Shown piece by piece: positions 59,228-59,990 of a DNA stretch of 59,990 nt. Source of the DNA: a virus (taxonomy: Duplodnaviria; Caudoviricetes); IMG/VR virus record IMGVR_UViG_3300022689_000080, positions 1-59,990 of that record; one strand, written 5' to 3'. The position numbers were made by a program, and so were the translations under genes. The notes beneath the pieces are model-generated. The model saw only the letters and a program-made list of their open reading frames with translations. It did not search any database and was not told the origin of the DNA. The stretch's first letter is position 1, and each line of letters begins with the position of its first letter.

Positions 59228-59990
59228 ATGAGCTACGGAATCTCCGTCACCAACAATTCGACGGGAAAACCCGCGAAAAGCTGGAAAGACGGCAAGCGTA
59301 ATAGGAATGTCGTAAGGGATGCCGACGACCTTCGATTCCAGTTGACGGGCGTCGAGACTCCCAGCGCACTCAAGGGCAGCAGCAACAACGAAGGATTCTC
59401 CCTGGGTGGCCTTGCGTCCACCGGGGGTAGCCCGCCTCCGGCAGCTCGAAGCGCTCCGGGATCCGATCAGTCTTTCGACCTCAGCTCCCTCGGAGCCAGC
59501 AGCGGCGCGCCGGCCACGGACATCAACAACGGATTCTCGTTGGGTGGACCGCCAGTAGGTGCGCAGCCGCGCGTCACTCCCGGCGTTCAACCCGGAGTGA
59601 CCGCGCTCAGTAACCCGCCGGACATCAACAACGGATTTTCGCTGGGTGGCCCGCCGGCAGGCGGCGCGCAGAATGGTACACCCGCGCAAACAGCTCCGAA
59701 GCCGCGCGCGGGACAGTTCAACGCCCAGTCGTGGCCCTATGGAAGCCTCGGCCTTCAATCCTATGGAACCGTGCTTCGCAACGGCATGGCGGACGATGGC
59801 GGACAGCTTCGCGTCGGCGGTTATTCGCAAGGCAAGCTCATACTGGGGATGGCAGCAGATGGCAATCTCGTTCTCATGGGCCCGAACGGCCCGATGCTCG
59901 AAGGCGGCGGCGCATGGGGTGGCGCCGGGGCTGGTGGCGCCGGGGCTGGGGGCGCCGGGGCTGGTGGCGCCGGGGCTGGGGGCGCTGGTG
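59228..59990 (+). CDS. N-terminal part of internal virion protein (runs off end, continues at window start)
   Basis: Hand-translated, no stop: MSYGISVTNN...three GFSLGG repeats...GGAGAGGAGAG. Confidence 0.85.
   Translation, partial: MSYGISVTNNSTGKPAKSWKDGKRNRNVVRDADDLRFQLTGVETPSALKGSSNNEGFSLGGLASTGGSPPPAARSAPGSDQSFDLSSLGASSGAPATDINNGFSLGGPPVGAQPRVTPGVQPGVTALSNPPDINNGFSLGGPPAGGAQNGTPAQTAPKPRAGQFNAQSWPYGSLGLQSYGTVLRNGMADDGGQLRVGGYSQGKLILGMAADGNLVLMGPNGPMLEGGGAWGGAGAGGAGAGGAGAGGAGAGGAG
59921..59990 (+). repeat. 15-bp tandem repeat coding (GAGAG)n
   Basis: Same unit as 1-70. Confidence 0.95.

Overview
The window is essentially one complete ~60 kb, GC-rich, temperate, probably podovirus-type phage genome, opened inside a Gly/Ala-coding 15-bp tandem repeat: one ORF starts at 59228, runs off the end and resumes at position 2. 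The host is probably a gammaproteobacterium, judged from a tRNA-Asp-derived attP core, IHF sites and a CTGT-N8-ACAG LexA box. Modules in order: internal/ejected proteins including a 2088-aa protein with an SF2 helicase (1-10026); lysis genes and a signal-peptide (PE)33 protein (10470-13112); fibre/decoration-like genes (13117-17953); a 2785-aa polyvalent protein with C5-DNA methyltransferase and zincin motifs (17950-26307); intact attP, integrase and excisionase (26335-28245); left early operon with DUF2303, ssb, exonuclease and recT (28.5-33.4 kb); cI/cro switch; replication genes with iteron-like repeats; nin-like genes; a small-gene island with RadC (40.1-43.9 kb); terminase, portal, capsid and tail genes (44.4-59.2 kb). 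The most novel-looking element is a gene between integrase and attP encoding a near-copy of this integrase's own arm-DNA-binding domain fused to an HNH-like nuclease domain. Other highlights: a six-copy (T/C)TAAACC-N15-TANNNT promoter-like motif, a LexA box paired with a repressor lacking a self-cleavage domain, RBS-occluding hairpins overlapping promoters, and two candidate structured RNAs. All calls come from reading motifs by eye; no database searches were run.
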